Assembly: GCA_028023455.1 (NCBI GenBank)
Contig: JAQFVV010000005.1
Coordinates: 5,642,001 to 5,706,000, forward strand
Direction: 5' to 3'
DNA from: Epiperipatus broadwayi
Lineage: Eukaryota; Animalia; Onychophora
DNA: 64,000 nt
Shown here: piece by piece, positions 12,930-26,769 of the stretch
Numbering within the stretch: the first letter of the stretch is position 1
Layout of the letters: the number at the start of each line of letters is the position of its first letter
Position numbers and translations under genes: made by a program
Notes under the pieces: model-generated
Database searches by the model: none
What the model was told of the DNA's origin: nothing
What the model saw: only the letters and a program-made list of their open reading frames with translations

Positions 12930-13290
12930 TAATTAAATAATGCACTGAGCACACTTTCAGCAATTACTGCCTAAACTGAATAATGAATACAAATCAATCT
13001 TACTCAATCATGAGCTTACTACAAGCCATATTTCATTCCCACCAATGTGAGAACAATTTGTGCTGAAAGAGATGACAGAAAAAGAAAATATAAAGAGGCT
13101 TGGGCAATCACAAAGGATCCACATTCTATCAACAGAATGGAATTATGTGTTCCATTGTCCAGAAAATGGAACATTTAAGTGCTACATTTACTTATTGTCC
13201 ATATATATAATGATATTTTTAACTGCTAAACTTTAAACAGCACTTTGATTCTGGCAGTAATCTGCTGAAAGCTTGCTTAGTCCATTTAAA
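12930..13290 (+). mobile_element. Penelope-like element 3' end: GIY-YIG C-terminal remnant plus degenerate hammerhead
   Basis: Frameshifted KSILLNHELTTSHI / NVRTICAERDDRKRKYKEAWAITKDPHSINR, resembling PLE SAL.EH...GH..W...R..KEA.I..INRD. Followed by GCAG taat CTGC-T-GAAA-GCTT at 13254-13274. Confidence 0.65.
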
Positions 13291-15224
13291 ACTTTTGAAT
13301 TTTAATTATTATTTTTCATAATAACTCAATAATTATAACGAATTCATAAGAATTTTTTTATTTGAACATTTTTAATTGATATGAAGTAATTTTTTATATA
13401 ATTTATCATATATAATAAATGAAGTTGATATTCAAGATTAATTGGATTTTTTTTGTGACCCCCCCCCCCTCCTTTTTTAAGTAGAATTGCTGTATGCAAT
13501 AGAAAAGTATCAATTTTATTTGTTAGTTCTCCAATGCAAAGTTAACAAATAGCAGTTTATTGTTAAGGATCATGTGGATCTTTTAAAGAATATTGTATAC
13601 AAACATCATATATAGTATAAATATATACTATACATACATTTTCCAATCATTATCAATAAAACTTTATCACTGCTTTCCACAACATTTAAATTTTTTTCAA
13701 TTGGTTGATCATAGTATCTTTTGTTAAAAGACTTTTTTGAATCATTAAACACACTTTTCAGAAGATCATTTAATTATAAAAGTATAAGCTTTAACTCAAA
13801 CTAATGTAATCATAAATATACGAAGACTGTATAGAGAAAAGCTTTCATAAAGTTCGTTTTTAAATAATAAAAAAACAGTTTGTGCTTAGCCGACTTTCGA
13901 CTATTTCAAGTCATAGATGTAGCGCTTTTTTTTTTTTTTTGTTAATTAAGATATTTTTAGAATATTTATTTTATCTTCAAATATTACAGTATAATTGGTT
14001 AGCTAAGGGCAATTAATAATCTATACAATTATAAATTATGACTGTTTTATTAATGCTTAGGGATAATTATTATTTTTGTATCACTAAGATCAAATTTTAC
14101 TACCTTGTTTTATTACCAAAATGTTAACATTCCTATCTAGTTGATTATTTGAATAAATATTAAACATATATAGTCGGTTTTATATGGATTACTTACAAAA
14201 TTGAAACTTAAAAAATATCTTATTAGGATTTTAATTTTTTTTTTTTTTTTACAAATATTATCTTTGATGTGAGTTTTTAGAAGTAATAAATTATATATTG
14301 AAACTTTTACACTCACATTTATGTTATGAAGTTGTTACAATAACTGCAAAACAATCAGACTTAGTGTCTCCTTGCTAAAGTGGAGGTGGTAAGGTTCCAT
14401 AGAAATATAGAAAAGATTTATTGATATATATACGTGAGGGATGAACTGTAAAAATATTATTTCAAAGATGTGGCAAATTACATCACAATATTAAAAATTC
14501 AAAAGAAAATTAAAAAAAACTCATTAATTTTCTGCATCAAACTGTTTATTCCAGTTTGGGATGACAGATTCTGTATCACTGGATGCAAATTTAATAAAAA
14601 CTGTCATCTACTGATTATAGATTACTCAAGCTTTACAATGGATTGGAGTAAAATAAATTGTTTGTTCATGAAAAGCATCGTTTAAGCTGGAGTCACATGA
14701 ACTTATTTGACTCAAAATTAAACTTTTTTTTTTTTTTTTTGCCATTAGGATAAACTTATAGTTCTAAATTTACAATAGTGATCTGTTGTTGTTCATTGGA
14801 AATATTAATGCAATTGAACGTGAAAGTTCGCAGTGTATTAACATAATTAACATGAGCTTTGCTACTTTGGTAAAAGAATGACTTCAATTTGGATATGTAC
14901 AGGTAGAATACTCTTAGTTTGCGATCTCGGTTTTATAAGTTTTTTTTAGATTTCTCATATTTTTAGATATGAATCAATTATTAATAATTGGCAAAAATGA
15001 TAAATACTTAAAAATATATTATTGTACTATACTGTATATTAATCAAATAAATAGGAATTCATATGAAAATATTACTTTAGAAAGGTAAAGAAAAAATAAA
15101 TTGAAATATATTGCTTAGGAAGAAAAATGTTTCTTTATCAATTTCAAGAATTTCCTTCTCTCCCTATTCATTTTTTCTTTGCTTTAAATAAAATATCATT
15201 AATTTCTGTTCAGTGATGAATATA

Positions 15225-15300
15225 TCCTGGCATAGGTTAGTGCAATGGTAAAGTGATGGAACTTGAAGTTTAAAGTCTGTAGATTGTAGTTTCAATGGGT
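15225..15300 (+). mobile_element. Possible tRNA-derived SINE remnant
   Basis: TAGTGCAATGGTAAAG is A-box-like and CTTGAAG is loop-like. B box is degenerate. Confidence 0.25.
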
Positions 15301-15425
15301 TTTTTTTTTTACTTCCAGTGCACGAACTTTTAGATAATAAACCATTTCTTTTTTTTTTTTTACCTGATGAATAAGTGTTGTCTAATTCTTTGATTAAATA
15401 ACCTGATAACTTATCAATAATGAAT

Positions 15426-15874
15426 ATAATAATGTGAAAGGTTAAAACCTTCAACAGAAGCACCTTAAAAATGCTTATGTGACAGCCAATCTAATGTAAT
15501 AACGGCTGCACTTGGAACTCCCAATTCAAGAACCCAAGCCAGAACTACGAGAAAAAGATGGGAACCCACCTTCTTCTCTACTTAAATTTATATATAAATA
15601 AGTCAGACTCAAGCATTCCAAACTAAGAGCGTGAAGCTTAAAACACCACATTTAATTCACTAAATATTATATATAAATAAACAACGTGAAATCTTTCAAT
15701 TTACAACAAAGCAATTTTCAAATCTAATAAAATGATAGTAACATTTTTTTCATAGTTCTGGCTTGTGTTCTTGAATTAGGAGTTCCACGTGCAGTCATTA
15801 TTACATCTGATTGGCTGTCACATAAGCATTTTTAAGATGCTTCTGTCGAAGGTTTTAGCCTTTCACGTTATTAT
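15426..15874. repeat. Fold-back element with ~130-bp inverted arms
   Basis: 15426-15557 is inverted at 15747-15874 (e.g. GCTTATGTGACAGCCAATC / GATTGGCTGTCACATAAGC). Confidence 0.85.
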
Positions 15875-18800
15875 TAGATCATCTGCTAGTGCTTAATAAA
15901 TTTAATATATTTACATTTGTTACTATCATGACCAGATTATCTGAATTTGAACCTGTTGCAGAAATATTTTTAAAAACTATTAAGATAAAATATGGCCTAT
16001 TAATTCTTATTGCTAATATTGTTTTGCTTTTAAGAGCTGATGATACTTAAATAAATTCTTGTGAATGAATTTTTGAAAGAAACTGTTAATATTTACTGGA
16101 AGTTCAAACATTGTATAGAAGCTGAATGGGCCTAAGTTTGGCATTGCAGAAAAGTATTATCAAAAGTTCATCATTGTGAAGAAAAGAATTAATGATGCAT
16201 TAAAATACAATTGACAGCTAATAGAAATAATGCTATACTAATTTACTTTTTTCATAAAGTTAATATCTACTAAATTAATCCTTTCTCTTTAATTAAATTA
16301 ATAATTGTATTATTTTCATTATTAGTTGGGAAATTTACACATACGTATTTTAAATAATAAATAATATTTAATTTGCGAAGCGCAGATAGTTGAAATTGAA
16401 ATTAAATTGAGATACATATGTATTTTATGTAAAGGTATATGTATATAAAAGAACAATCTATTTGTTTTATTAAGTGTGAAATAATAATCCATTTATCTTT
16501 TATAAAATATTGATTTCTGTATCCATTTATAAATAAATCTTTTTTTCAATATCACTGAATCATTATCATCCTATCTTTCTGGATATAGAATTCATTATTG
16601 AACTCGGTTCATATTTTGATAACACTTGGTAATTTCTTTATCATATCTAGCTATTTGCAAGCATTAATATTATATTACTTTTATGCTACGATACATGAGT
16701 AGAGTGGCAAACTCCAAAAGTTAAAGGTTCCTGAGATGATTCCAGTTGACTAGATTAAAAAAAAAAAGTCAGTTGAAAGGAACGGATGTGCTCAAATGAC
16801 CACTTGCATATTTACTTATCACATGACCTGCTAAGCAACTAGTCATAAAATTATTATGTCTATTTTTTACAAATATTTTTTTTTTATTATTAAATTGTTT
16901 TATTATTTGGCGAAATTTTTTCATGAAGTATTTTGTTTTCATTGTTAATTGATATTGTTTGCTGACCATTCAAATATTTTTCCTAAATGAGATTTCTTTT
17001 TTTTTTTAGTGATACGTCTTTAATAGAATGTTTGTTTTTATGTATTTTGAGGATATATTAATTTTTTGATTGTTTTAAATTTTATAATTCATTTCTAGAT
17101 TATTTGAGAATAATGAAAATGTATATAATGTATCGATCTCCACGTTACATCACTATTTTATATATCAGAAATATGCATGAATGCTATTCAATGCAGCCTC
17201 GCATAGGATATGGTAGAGTATCATACTCAAGAATTAAAAATCTCTGGCTCGAAACTCAGTCTATCTCTTCGAGTGCTTAAGAGTCATGTGATCTTTCAAC
17301 GAAGACCCATTCGATGATTGTACTTGTTATAACTTTAATAAAGACATACAATATAAACATAATTTTTGCTACAATCAATGCCTTAATCAATATTTTTAAA
17401 AACTTTGTCTTTATAAAATATCCTTGATAAATTATCTCGAATTAATTAACATAGGGATTAATAAACTTAATGAAGCAATCTAAACTTTTACGATTTTAAA
17501 AATCATTTGTTTATTATTACTATTTTTCCGCCATAAGTCGATCTTAAAAGCGATAATCTTTCAAATTTTTTTAAAGATAAAAGACGTGACAATCTTTCAA
17601 AAATAATGTTAATCTGAATAGTTAATCAAGATAAACACAGATGTTTGAGAGGAATAAAAAAACTGAAATCATAAAAAAAAAAAAAAGTGAATTGAAACGT
17701 TAAAAAAAAAACTTGACTGAAATAAAAAAATTGATAAAATGAAAATAAATTTTGTCTAATAAAATTTTATTCTTTTCACGCATAATGGGCTCTTGTAACT
17801 AAAATTTTGGGGACCACCTATAAATTTATAAGGGGCTATCAGATTATATATATGTAGAATATTCATAAAATGTTTTTCTTTTAAAAAAAATTCTTTTTAG
17901 CATAGGCATTTTTAAAACATGCTAGATTATATAGCTAGCAACTCCTTGACTTCCTAATATCTTGGAGATTTATACCTTTCAATTATAGTATGTAGGAAAT
18001 GCAAATATTTCCCATCCAGTAACGAGCGTATGTAAAAAAATTGTATTGAATTGCAACCTTAATTTAAAAGCATTATTAATAACATTTACTGAAGTTTTAG
18101 TTCAAAATAAAGTACCTATAAAAAGTTTTTTTGGAGGGAAATATAAATAGTTTAATGCTGTTTTTTTCAAGAGGTAACATAAAATTTGGATACTAAAAAT
18201 GACAAATTGAATTCTGATTCAGGATTTAGTTTTTGGATATGTCACTTTATCCCGGTGAAAAATTGCTCGGTGCAAAAAAAAAAAAAAAGTGAATGGTTAG
18301 TCACTTGAGAGCTGAAAGCAAATAAAGTCAGTTTACTTTAAATATCATTACCACTAGTGCAAAGGTCTTATTAACTTCATTTTGTACAACAGATAATAAA
18401 CCAAAGTGTTGTTTATGATAACAGGGTTTAAGTGTTGCATTTGACAATAAAATTAAATTATAAATAATAATGAATTAGATTTGTGGGAAAATAGGATAAT
18501 ATATATTTGTTTTATATTTTGTTAACTTTGTTCTGGATTTGTAATTTAATTTTGGTTAGTGATTTAATTGTGTATTTAGTTTAATATTATAAACAAGTAA
18601 CAATTTTTTCAAAAGATACTATTCTAAATAGAAAAATGACTTTTGGCAGAGTTTGTAAATAAATCATTTCTATTTCCCACTTTAACTATTATGAATCAAG
18701 TCAATCATTCACCTCTGGGTCCAATAGCAAAAAAAAACAAAAAAAAAAAACTCATTGATCTTAAATTTAACTTTTCAAAAAAGTATTAAAAAATTCTAGA

Positions 18801-19799
18801 ATAATATATAATAATTTTAAGAGCCAATGAAAATGTTCTAATGTTATGTATATTAAATGTAATTAATTATCTCATATTACATAAACATCCAAACATTTTC
18901 AACTGCTTTTTCTATTCTTATTAATATCACAAATATGTACAATGATGTTTGCAAGCTTCGACATTCATTTGTAAAGATGTTATTTCAGCTTGAATCTATT
19001 TTGGCCTTAAGTATTTTTTGCAAAATAGAATCTTGAAATATTCATTTTAATATCTTTGTGAAGCTCCAATTCATTGTAAATATTATTACACGTTTTTAAA
19101 ATGTCACTTTAATTAGCAATGAATTGGGAATTCATAAAAGTATTAAAATGAGTATTTTAAAATTCTACCTAGTGAAGATATTTAATGCCAAAATAGATTT
19201 TGGTCATAATAATGTCTCTTTGAATGAATGATAAACCTAAAAATAATATTGTCCATATTTCCCATCTAAGTAACAAAAAACATCATAAATTAGACTGGAA
19301 ATTTGAAAGAAATTATCATCTAATATCCAATAATTACTTTAGCTGACAACAGATGGCACTGGAGTAAAATGAATAGACAGGATTATTGTTTTAATGTGGA
19401 CAAAGAAAGTAAATTGGAAAATTCATGTGACTCACAATATACAAACATTCTATAGTCATGAATATAAAGAATACTTTTTAAATAACTTTTTTGCCAATAG
19501 TACCCACATCTCAGTCTGAAGACACATGCCTTTTAATTTCTTTTAATAGTATCAATAATTGTAAGGAGAGTTTTATTAATTGTGATTTGAGAATTGTAGG
19601 ATTAAGCAAATATTTATATTCTTGTTACATAACCAATCCAGTAGAACAAACCTTGGAAATAATATGAAGTTGGTTACATTTAAGCATTATAGTGATAACT
19701 TAGTATGTAGTATTTTCTACAATATATTGCAAATTGCCTGATTTATTAGTGTAAATTAATCTTTAACATTGAAATTTAATTACAGTAAGAATGTATGGT

Positions 19800-20150
19800 A
19801 GTGTATTCTAAATGAAACATAGATACTTATTCTAGTCTTGTTAAAGATTCTTCAGATGTCACAAACTAACTACTTTCTTTTCACACTATCCTTCAATATT
19901 TTGGCTTTGATATAGTGTAATTACCATATCTCAATTGGCATGATTCTAAATGAACGATGACTTCTTACGTTTCCATAATAGCAGGGCTATCATTGATAAT
20001 CATAAGTGAAGTAATGTGATTTCTGACAACCCATCTTTGCTTGAACACTTTTCATAGATTTTTGTCCATTTCATGATAGGCCCATATATTGAATGCATAT
20101 CTTCTTTATATCAGTATTTATCTGAATGTGCACTTTATAAGGAAAAGTAC
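19800..20150 (-). mobile_element. Decayed RTE LINE C-terminal fragment
   Basis: YAFNIWAYHEM..*KVF resembles AFEMWCYRRML. QNIEG*CEK resembles GKIEGKR. Confidence 0.4.
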
Positions 20151-21989
20151 AATAAAAAAGTATAATAATATCAAAAATGGATATTAAAGTCCATTATGCT
20201 GTTTTTTTCATATAAATTGTAATAAATAAAAATATTTATAACAGTTACATATATATATTAATAATTATACATAAACCTTTTTCACAAATGATTTTGTGTC
20301 CTCAAGTGTTAACTGCTTTAACATTATGATGATGATGTAACATGATGTATTGTGGCTTCTCCTTAAACGAAGTCAAGAATATCTCAGCAATTATGTCCAC
20401 TTTAACCAATTATGGCAGGTAGAACGCTATCTAGTGTTTTATAATGGAAGTAAAGTAACAATAACAAAGTAAAGATTAAAACAGAATAAAATTATGAAAT
20501 TTTTAAAAAGAAAAAAGGGAGGAAAAAATTATTGAATGTTTAACGTATGAAATATATAGAGATTCAGTAAAAGTTGGAACAATTAACTATATTACAATAT
20601 ACAAAACGAGTAAAAGAATACCTTTAGAAAACACTAGATATGTTCTATATGCAATAATCGGTTGTTGAAATAGATGCTTAACATTTGAGAAGGGCAGAAA
20701 ATCGTGCCAAAAAAGGCTTTTTATGTATAATTATTAATATATATTTATATAGTTGTTATATATAATATTTTTGTTACTTGTTATAATTTATAAAATTTAG
20801 TAATAATCATATAGTTTATTGCTTGAAGAAGTCGTGGTTTTCATTCTTTCATTGTCAGGATGAATACAGCAGTTCCATTCAAATGAGCAAACTACTTTTT
20901 TTTTTTTTACACGGCTGAGAACTGATCTAACAATTTTTAGCTCTTAAGTTTGTTACTCTATCGTCGCGTTCATTAGCTCAAAGCAAAGACACGCTATAAT
21001 AGATTTTTGTTTTGCTTTGTTTTTAAATTTTTTTTTTCTCTCATAAAGAGAATTTTCCAATAATTTTATGGGCTGTGGGCAACTGACTTTTAGTCTATGC
21101 ATAAAATGAGCCTTGAGCATAATCCATTTTAGTTTACCATTGCGTACCATTTCTTTAACAGCTATTATTTTAGCAACTTTGCATCATTAAAATGCAAAAA
21201 TCGCTTGCCAAAAACCCCAAGTGGTGATATAAAGATTTTTTTTTTTTTAAATAGTCAACCGCTATTTTTTCTAATCTTTTTATATTATGATTAAATCCTC
21301 ATTTAATTTTTTAATTGTAGCTAAACAGAGTGTTTTAAAAAAAGATTTAGACAAAGATTTGTCATAAAAGAATCTTGCATGTTATTGATTTGAATTCTTT
21401 CTTTGTACTTATTCGCTTCAAATTCAACAACAAAGGGCCAATATACCACTACTCGGTGTTTGAACTAAGCTTTATTGTTATCTGCTCTATTATAATTATG
21501 GCCAATAAAAAAAAAAGTTTCCCTTTATTAAGGCCCATCTGTGCTATCTTATCCTATCAAGCAGGAGATTTAAAAAATGTACGTACAACTAAAGATAGAA
21601 TAAAACAACTTCTTTGATTGGAAACAACAGCAAACATGTACGAACGTTTTCTAATGGGATTACAAACAAATGCAGTAACCAATTTGTGCGGCGGAAATCA
21701 ATTTCCATGAACCCCTTTCAACATTTATCAATTTAATTTCTAATAACCTTATAATCTTTTTTTTTTAATGTTTGTAGGATAAATAATTATACAAAACACA
21801 ACTTGAATTAAAATATATGTATTTGTGGATGCATATATATTATATACGCACATATTATGAAGAGAAGCACACACTCCCCCACGCAATAAAACATTAACTG
21901 GGACTCAGATATTTTTTTTTAAGTAAAAAAAAAAGTTTGACATTCCAATGTAAAAGTTTATGTGTGTCTCACTTATAATATAAGTTTCT

Positions 21990-22750
21990 AAACGAAGATT
22001 CTTGTGGTGAAGTAATAGCACATTTCAGTCCTAAAAATTTTGAAAAAATTTGTTCAAGAGACTTAAGAATTTTTTGGAGAAGTGGAACCCATAGCTAAAC
22101 CAAACTAACTATCCACTATCGACAATAAATGAATATCAATACATTTATAATTAGAAGATAAAACAAGGGATGAAAAATATCCAAATCTTTACCTCTGGCA
22201 ATTAGTAAATCTGGTGACCACTTGATTCCTCTTTACTATCCTTGTATAAGAAGATTTTGAAGAAACATCATTGATCTCATGCCTAAAATTAATCCAATAA
22301 ATATTTCAACAATATATTACAAATAGTCAGGAAATAGATATCCAGTTTCTATCCAAAGCTATGATTCTAAATAGACAATAAGTTCTAACATGATAGATAA
22401 AGAATTAAAATTAAAACTCTACTGAAAGGTTTACATAAATCTCATGCAAATTATATGTAATTTATTTACATGCTTTGTATAAATTTATAAAACCTACAGT
22501 CTTATGCACAGCAATGTTTAATGAAAAATCAATTAACTTCTTGCTGGACATATTTTCTGTCAATCAAACTTGATGTCATCAGTTGCTCAGAAGACCAGAG
22601 CATTATGATTAGAGTTGCTACATTTGATATGATCTCCCAAGCAGTTGATGACAAAAAGATTTATTTGACAAGTACACATTTTGCAAGAGATTAGTTAATT
22701 TTTTATCAAACATGGCTGTACATAAGGCTATAGGTTTCTATAAGTTTCGA
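21990..22750 (+). mobile_element. Decayed CR1/L2-type RT fragment
   Basis: Motifs in RT order: KSGDHLIPLYYP (~KGD...NYRP), LSKA, AVDDKKIY (~FADDTKIY). Confidence 0.45.
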
Positions 22751-23185
22751 TAGAGGACATAAATAAATAATGTTAATGGGTTGTATGTAATATACATATG
22801 CATTTTTTGATATTGAAAATATTATTTTTAATGATTTTGACATGAGTTAATAAAATATTAAAGACCAAAGGACATCAAATTTTTTAGCTATAAGTTGTTG
22901 GGGTTTTTTAAGTTATAGAATCTGAAATTAATCTGACATCAGTTAGAAACTGACATATTAATAACTATAAGATATATGTACATAAACATATTGATTGTAA
23001 ATTTAACTATTACTCCATATAATCATAAAATTCTGTTACTAGTCTATTTAAATGATTTTTTTTGGGCTAATCTATTTCTCAGTGCATCATTTTAATGGGT
23101 GCAGAGTCTTGTTAGATGATCTACTTGAATGATATTAATTGCCTAATATTAATAATTTCCATATTGTATCTACTCAATCACATTA

Positions 23186-23730
23186 TGTAATAATCAATAA
23201 ATTTTACTAGTGCAGTGTTAGATTGTAAATATATAAAATTTAATAACCCATCCTCATGACACCATCCTATAATATTAAACAGTGATGTTAACTGTGAGAA
23301 TACTCTCACTCTATCCACAAGATAACAATTGAGAAAATAAGAATGACCTATATTATTTTCAAACTCAAATGCATTTATATTATAGCATGGCGCTAGTGAG
23401 GAGGGGTGATTTTCTTCTATATAATTACAATCTAACACTGCACTAGTAAAATTTATTGATTATTACATTTAACATCTAATATTAGCATGAAGTAAATTAT
23501 AATATTTCATAAGTGCTAATAAGATTATTAAAAAGAAATGGATTTAAAGTGAAAGATTTATATATTCACTCTCTCACTTCTAGACACTTAAGATTGGCTC
23601 ATGTAAGAGCATTTGAGTTTGAAAATAAGATGATCATTCTTATTTTCTCAAAGTCTATCTTGTGGCTGAGGCAAGAGTATCCTTGCAGTTAACATCACTT
23701 TAATATAGCATGGTGCTAGTGAAAAGGGAT
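23186..23730. repeat. Composite fold-back repeat
   Basis: 23186-23270 is inverted at 23385-23468. 23275-23372 is inverted at 23608-23703. The ORF 23178-23438 lies within it. Confidence 0.75.
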
Positions 23731-24970
23731 AGGGGGTATACCATTTCCCTTTTGTATTCACAAATTCTTATGTTGTAAAATATAAGTTTAATGACCACAA
23801 TTTTTGAATTGTTTTATACAGAGAGCTGTAATAAATATCACACATTATTCAAGACATATAGATAATTACATATAGCTGAATATAATATGCAATATAGTAT
23901 TTAATTTTCTGTATAAATTGGGATCAAATTTTCTCACACTACTAACCACTCAACATAGAGAGAAGGTGCACTAGATGAGATTAGTTGTTATAAATAATAA
24001 AAAGAAATCATGAAGTGCACAGTACTTTTCACATTCACATATATATCACAGATGCTTTTTTAAAAATAATACTTTGTATTTCCTATGTATATTTATTTAT
24101 TCACATTCACTCAAAAAATAATAAAAACTTAGTATACCATATTTTTATTTTTTAAAAATAAAATGAATAATGAAGTGTTAGACTTTTATTACAATTTAAT
24201 ACACTCTAAATGAAATTCTTTTTTTTTTTCCAATAACTTTTTCCCTAAAAAAAATGTTCTAGCAGTTTATTATCAGCAAATTATTCCCCTAATTGTTTTG
24301 ATGTTTTTAAGTCCACCATGATTTTGGAATTTATACAGTTAGCGTTTTTTGCCATTGTCCATTTAAGCTTCTCAATAAAAATTCTTTGAACTTTAAACAT
24401 TCTGGCATAATTTAATGAAATTATATATTTTGTCACTATTAAATTATAGTTTTCATTTTACTATTTGAGAAAAATACATTTTTTTTAAAAAAATTCATAA
24501 AAATTTTATCATTACACTTAGAAAACATTTTATTGCTTGAGATATTATATCATAACAAAACTGTGAAAGAATTAATTATAAAATGTGTTTTCATGTAACT
24601 CAAATAAACATTATTAATAAATGTGCTCACATATATCATTTTGAGACAGAAAAACGACTAATATGGCATCATAGAATTTATTTAATTTACAAAATTTAAT
24701 TTTTCTTGTTTATTTACATTTTTTTAATGATATATAATTGAAGCAGTGGGTAATGATACATTCTATATTGCAGCTTCACTGATATTTAACATAAATAAAA
24801 ATTCCTATTTTTATTATTCTATATACTAAAAATATATATTTAATATAAATATATACTAATTTATAGGATAGTTTTAAAAATAAAAATATTTTTCATTGTG
24901 CTTTTTATTTGTATAATGCAATAAATTTTATAAATATAATAAATATTACAAAACATTTTAAATGTGCTTT

Positions 24971-25050
24971 TTTCCCCCCATGTGTCATAGCATAACCCGG
25001 GACAACTGCTTGTAAAGCAGCTGCCGCTGCCTCTCGACCACCAATGCTTC
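24971..25050 (-). mobile_element. tRNA-Gly-derived short SINE with 12-bp TSD
   Basis: Minus strand GCATTGGTGGTCGAGAGG..GCTGCTTTACAAGCAGTTGTCCCGGGTT..ATGACA. TSD TAAATGTGCTTT at 24959-24970 and 25051-25062. Confidence 0.8.
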
Positions 25051-25801
25051 TAAATGTGCTTTACCACTCAAAATTGAATAATAATTCAGTTTAGTAGGGT
25101 TAAGTTTAAGAGAAGAGAAAATATACTTTATTAACAACAAATTAATTTTATTTTTTTGTTTTATCACTTAAATTAACTAATTGATTATCTCAGATTGAAC
25201 GTCTATGCATTTGGTTGAAGATATAATTTTTTCAATAATCTTCAATTTACATGATATAAGTATAAAATATATATTAGCATACAATTAATATACTATGTAA
25301 AGCACTAAGCAATTAATTTTACATCTATTCATAAATTGCAGATTTTATAAATAAATTTAAAATAAACATTTTATTAACAGGATTATTACATCTCTCATAA
25401 AATTAAAATAGCATATATTTTGTATCTGTGATGATTAATATTTCTGATAATCAAAAATTGAAACTTACTCAAATGATATGTGATGGATAACGTTTTCCTC
25501 TCTTTTGAAGCAAATAAAAATTAAACTATGCAATAATTTATTTGTTCTCAGTAATGTAATAAATTATAATTTAAAATAGCAAATATGAATATACAATTTA
25601 TGTTTTTATACATGCTTATATGCATATAAGGGCAATTGTTTCACAAACTACCAACTAACTTCATGTTTTTGATGATAATAGTTATGAAATCATTTAATTA
25701 CTAAAATATAATAATTTATCAGAACCTTTATAAATTTTCAAAGTGCAAATCATTAACTGCACATCTGAGTAATTTACATGTACTCATTTATACTTATATA
25801 T

Positions 25802-25952
25802 AATATTTGAAACACCCTATAGCTATATTGATTCAACTACACTCCCCTTTAAATAAAGAATAGCCTGAATTTTTACAGCCCATTGCAAAGACTGCTTTAT
25901 TTAAAGGGAGAGTATGACTGAAACAATATGGCTATAGGGTGTTTCAAATATT
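25802..25952. repeat. 150-bp fold-back element
   Basis: AATATTTGAAACACCCTATAGC...GCTATAGGGTGTTTCAAATATT, plus inner CTCCCTTTAAATAAAG / CTTTATTTAAAGGGAG. Confidence 0.85.
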
Positions 25953-26092
25953 TTATCTAGCATTATATATACAGTCGTACACTTCTGACTACATTTTGTT
26001 AAAACGATAATGTGTAAAATAATCATTTTAACTTTTGGAAAATAATGTTGAAATAATTCATTACGTCTTTAGAACTTTATATATATATATAT

Positions 26093-26195
26093 TCATATGT
26101 CATAGCTACGGCCGGGAGGCGAACCCACAACCGTCTGAAACCTACTACTTGCTTGCAAGGCGGCTGCGATGACCTCTCGGCTAACAACGCTTGAC
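26093..26195 (-). mobile_element. tRNA-Gly-derived short SINE
   Basis: Minus strand TGTCAAGCGTTGTTAGCCGAGAGG (A box)...GGGTTCGCCTCCCGGCCG (B box)..ATGACA. AACTTT(T)TATA on both flanks. Confidence 0.8.
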
Positions 26196-26365
26196 AACTT
26201 TTTATATTTTATTACAAATGCTAATGCACTTTTCATTATTTATATAAATGGTAAAAATATATATATGCTCTAGGAAAAAATTCATCAAATAAAAAAATAG
26301 AAATGCTAGTAAAAAATATATATATGTCAGTGGAAAGCTCAAACCCCTCTTCAAAATAAAATATC

Positions 26366-26503
26366 AAGCACATGTGAAGTTTCTACCATTTTCTTACTAA
26401 TTTAAATGAAAAACAATATATATATTAATCACTTTAAGCACGTGAAGTTTCTACCATTTTCCTACTAATTTAAATGAAAAACAATATATATATTAATCAC
26501 TTT
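26366..26503. repeat. Tandem duplication of a ~70-bp unit
   Basis: AAGCAC(AT)GTGAAGTTTCTACCATTTTC...ATTAATCACTTT repeated at 26366 and 26436. Confidence 0.9.
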
Positions 26504-26769
26504 ATTAATTAGTTTTAAATTAACTTTATTAAGTTTACTATATACTATGGAGATTATTTCAAGTCTTATTGAAAGAAAAGAGATTTCAAGTAGAAAAGCA
26601 ATAAGATAGATGTTTATATAATTGAGCAATAACCAATATATATCTAATGAATATTAATTAATTCGTATATTTAATAATCCCTGGGTTGTTGTTAATGAGA
26701 TCAGATTCCATGTAACTTCAAAAATATCAGCTGGTGCATGGGTCTGAGCTCTAGTCTTAATGTTATTTT

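Noticed and set aside
20277-22282. Minus-strand exon candidates 22193-22282, 21973-22094 and 20277-20361 with plausible splice sites
   Set aside because: The first two are not frame-compatible, and the region reads better as a plus-strand CR1/L2 RT relic (KSGD, LSKA, VDDKKIY).
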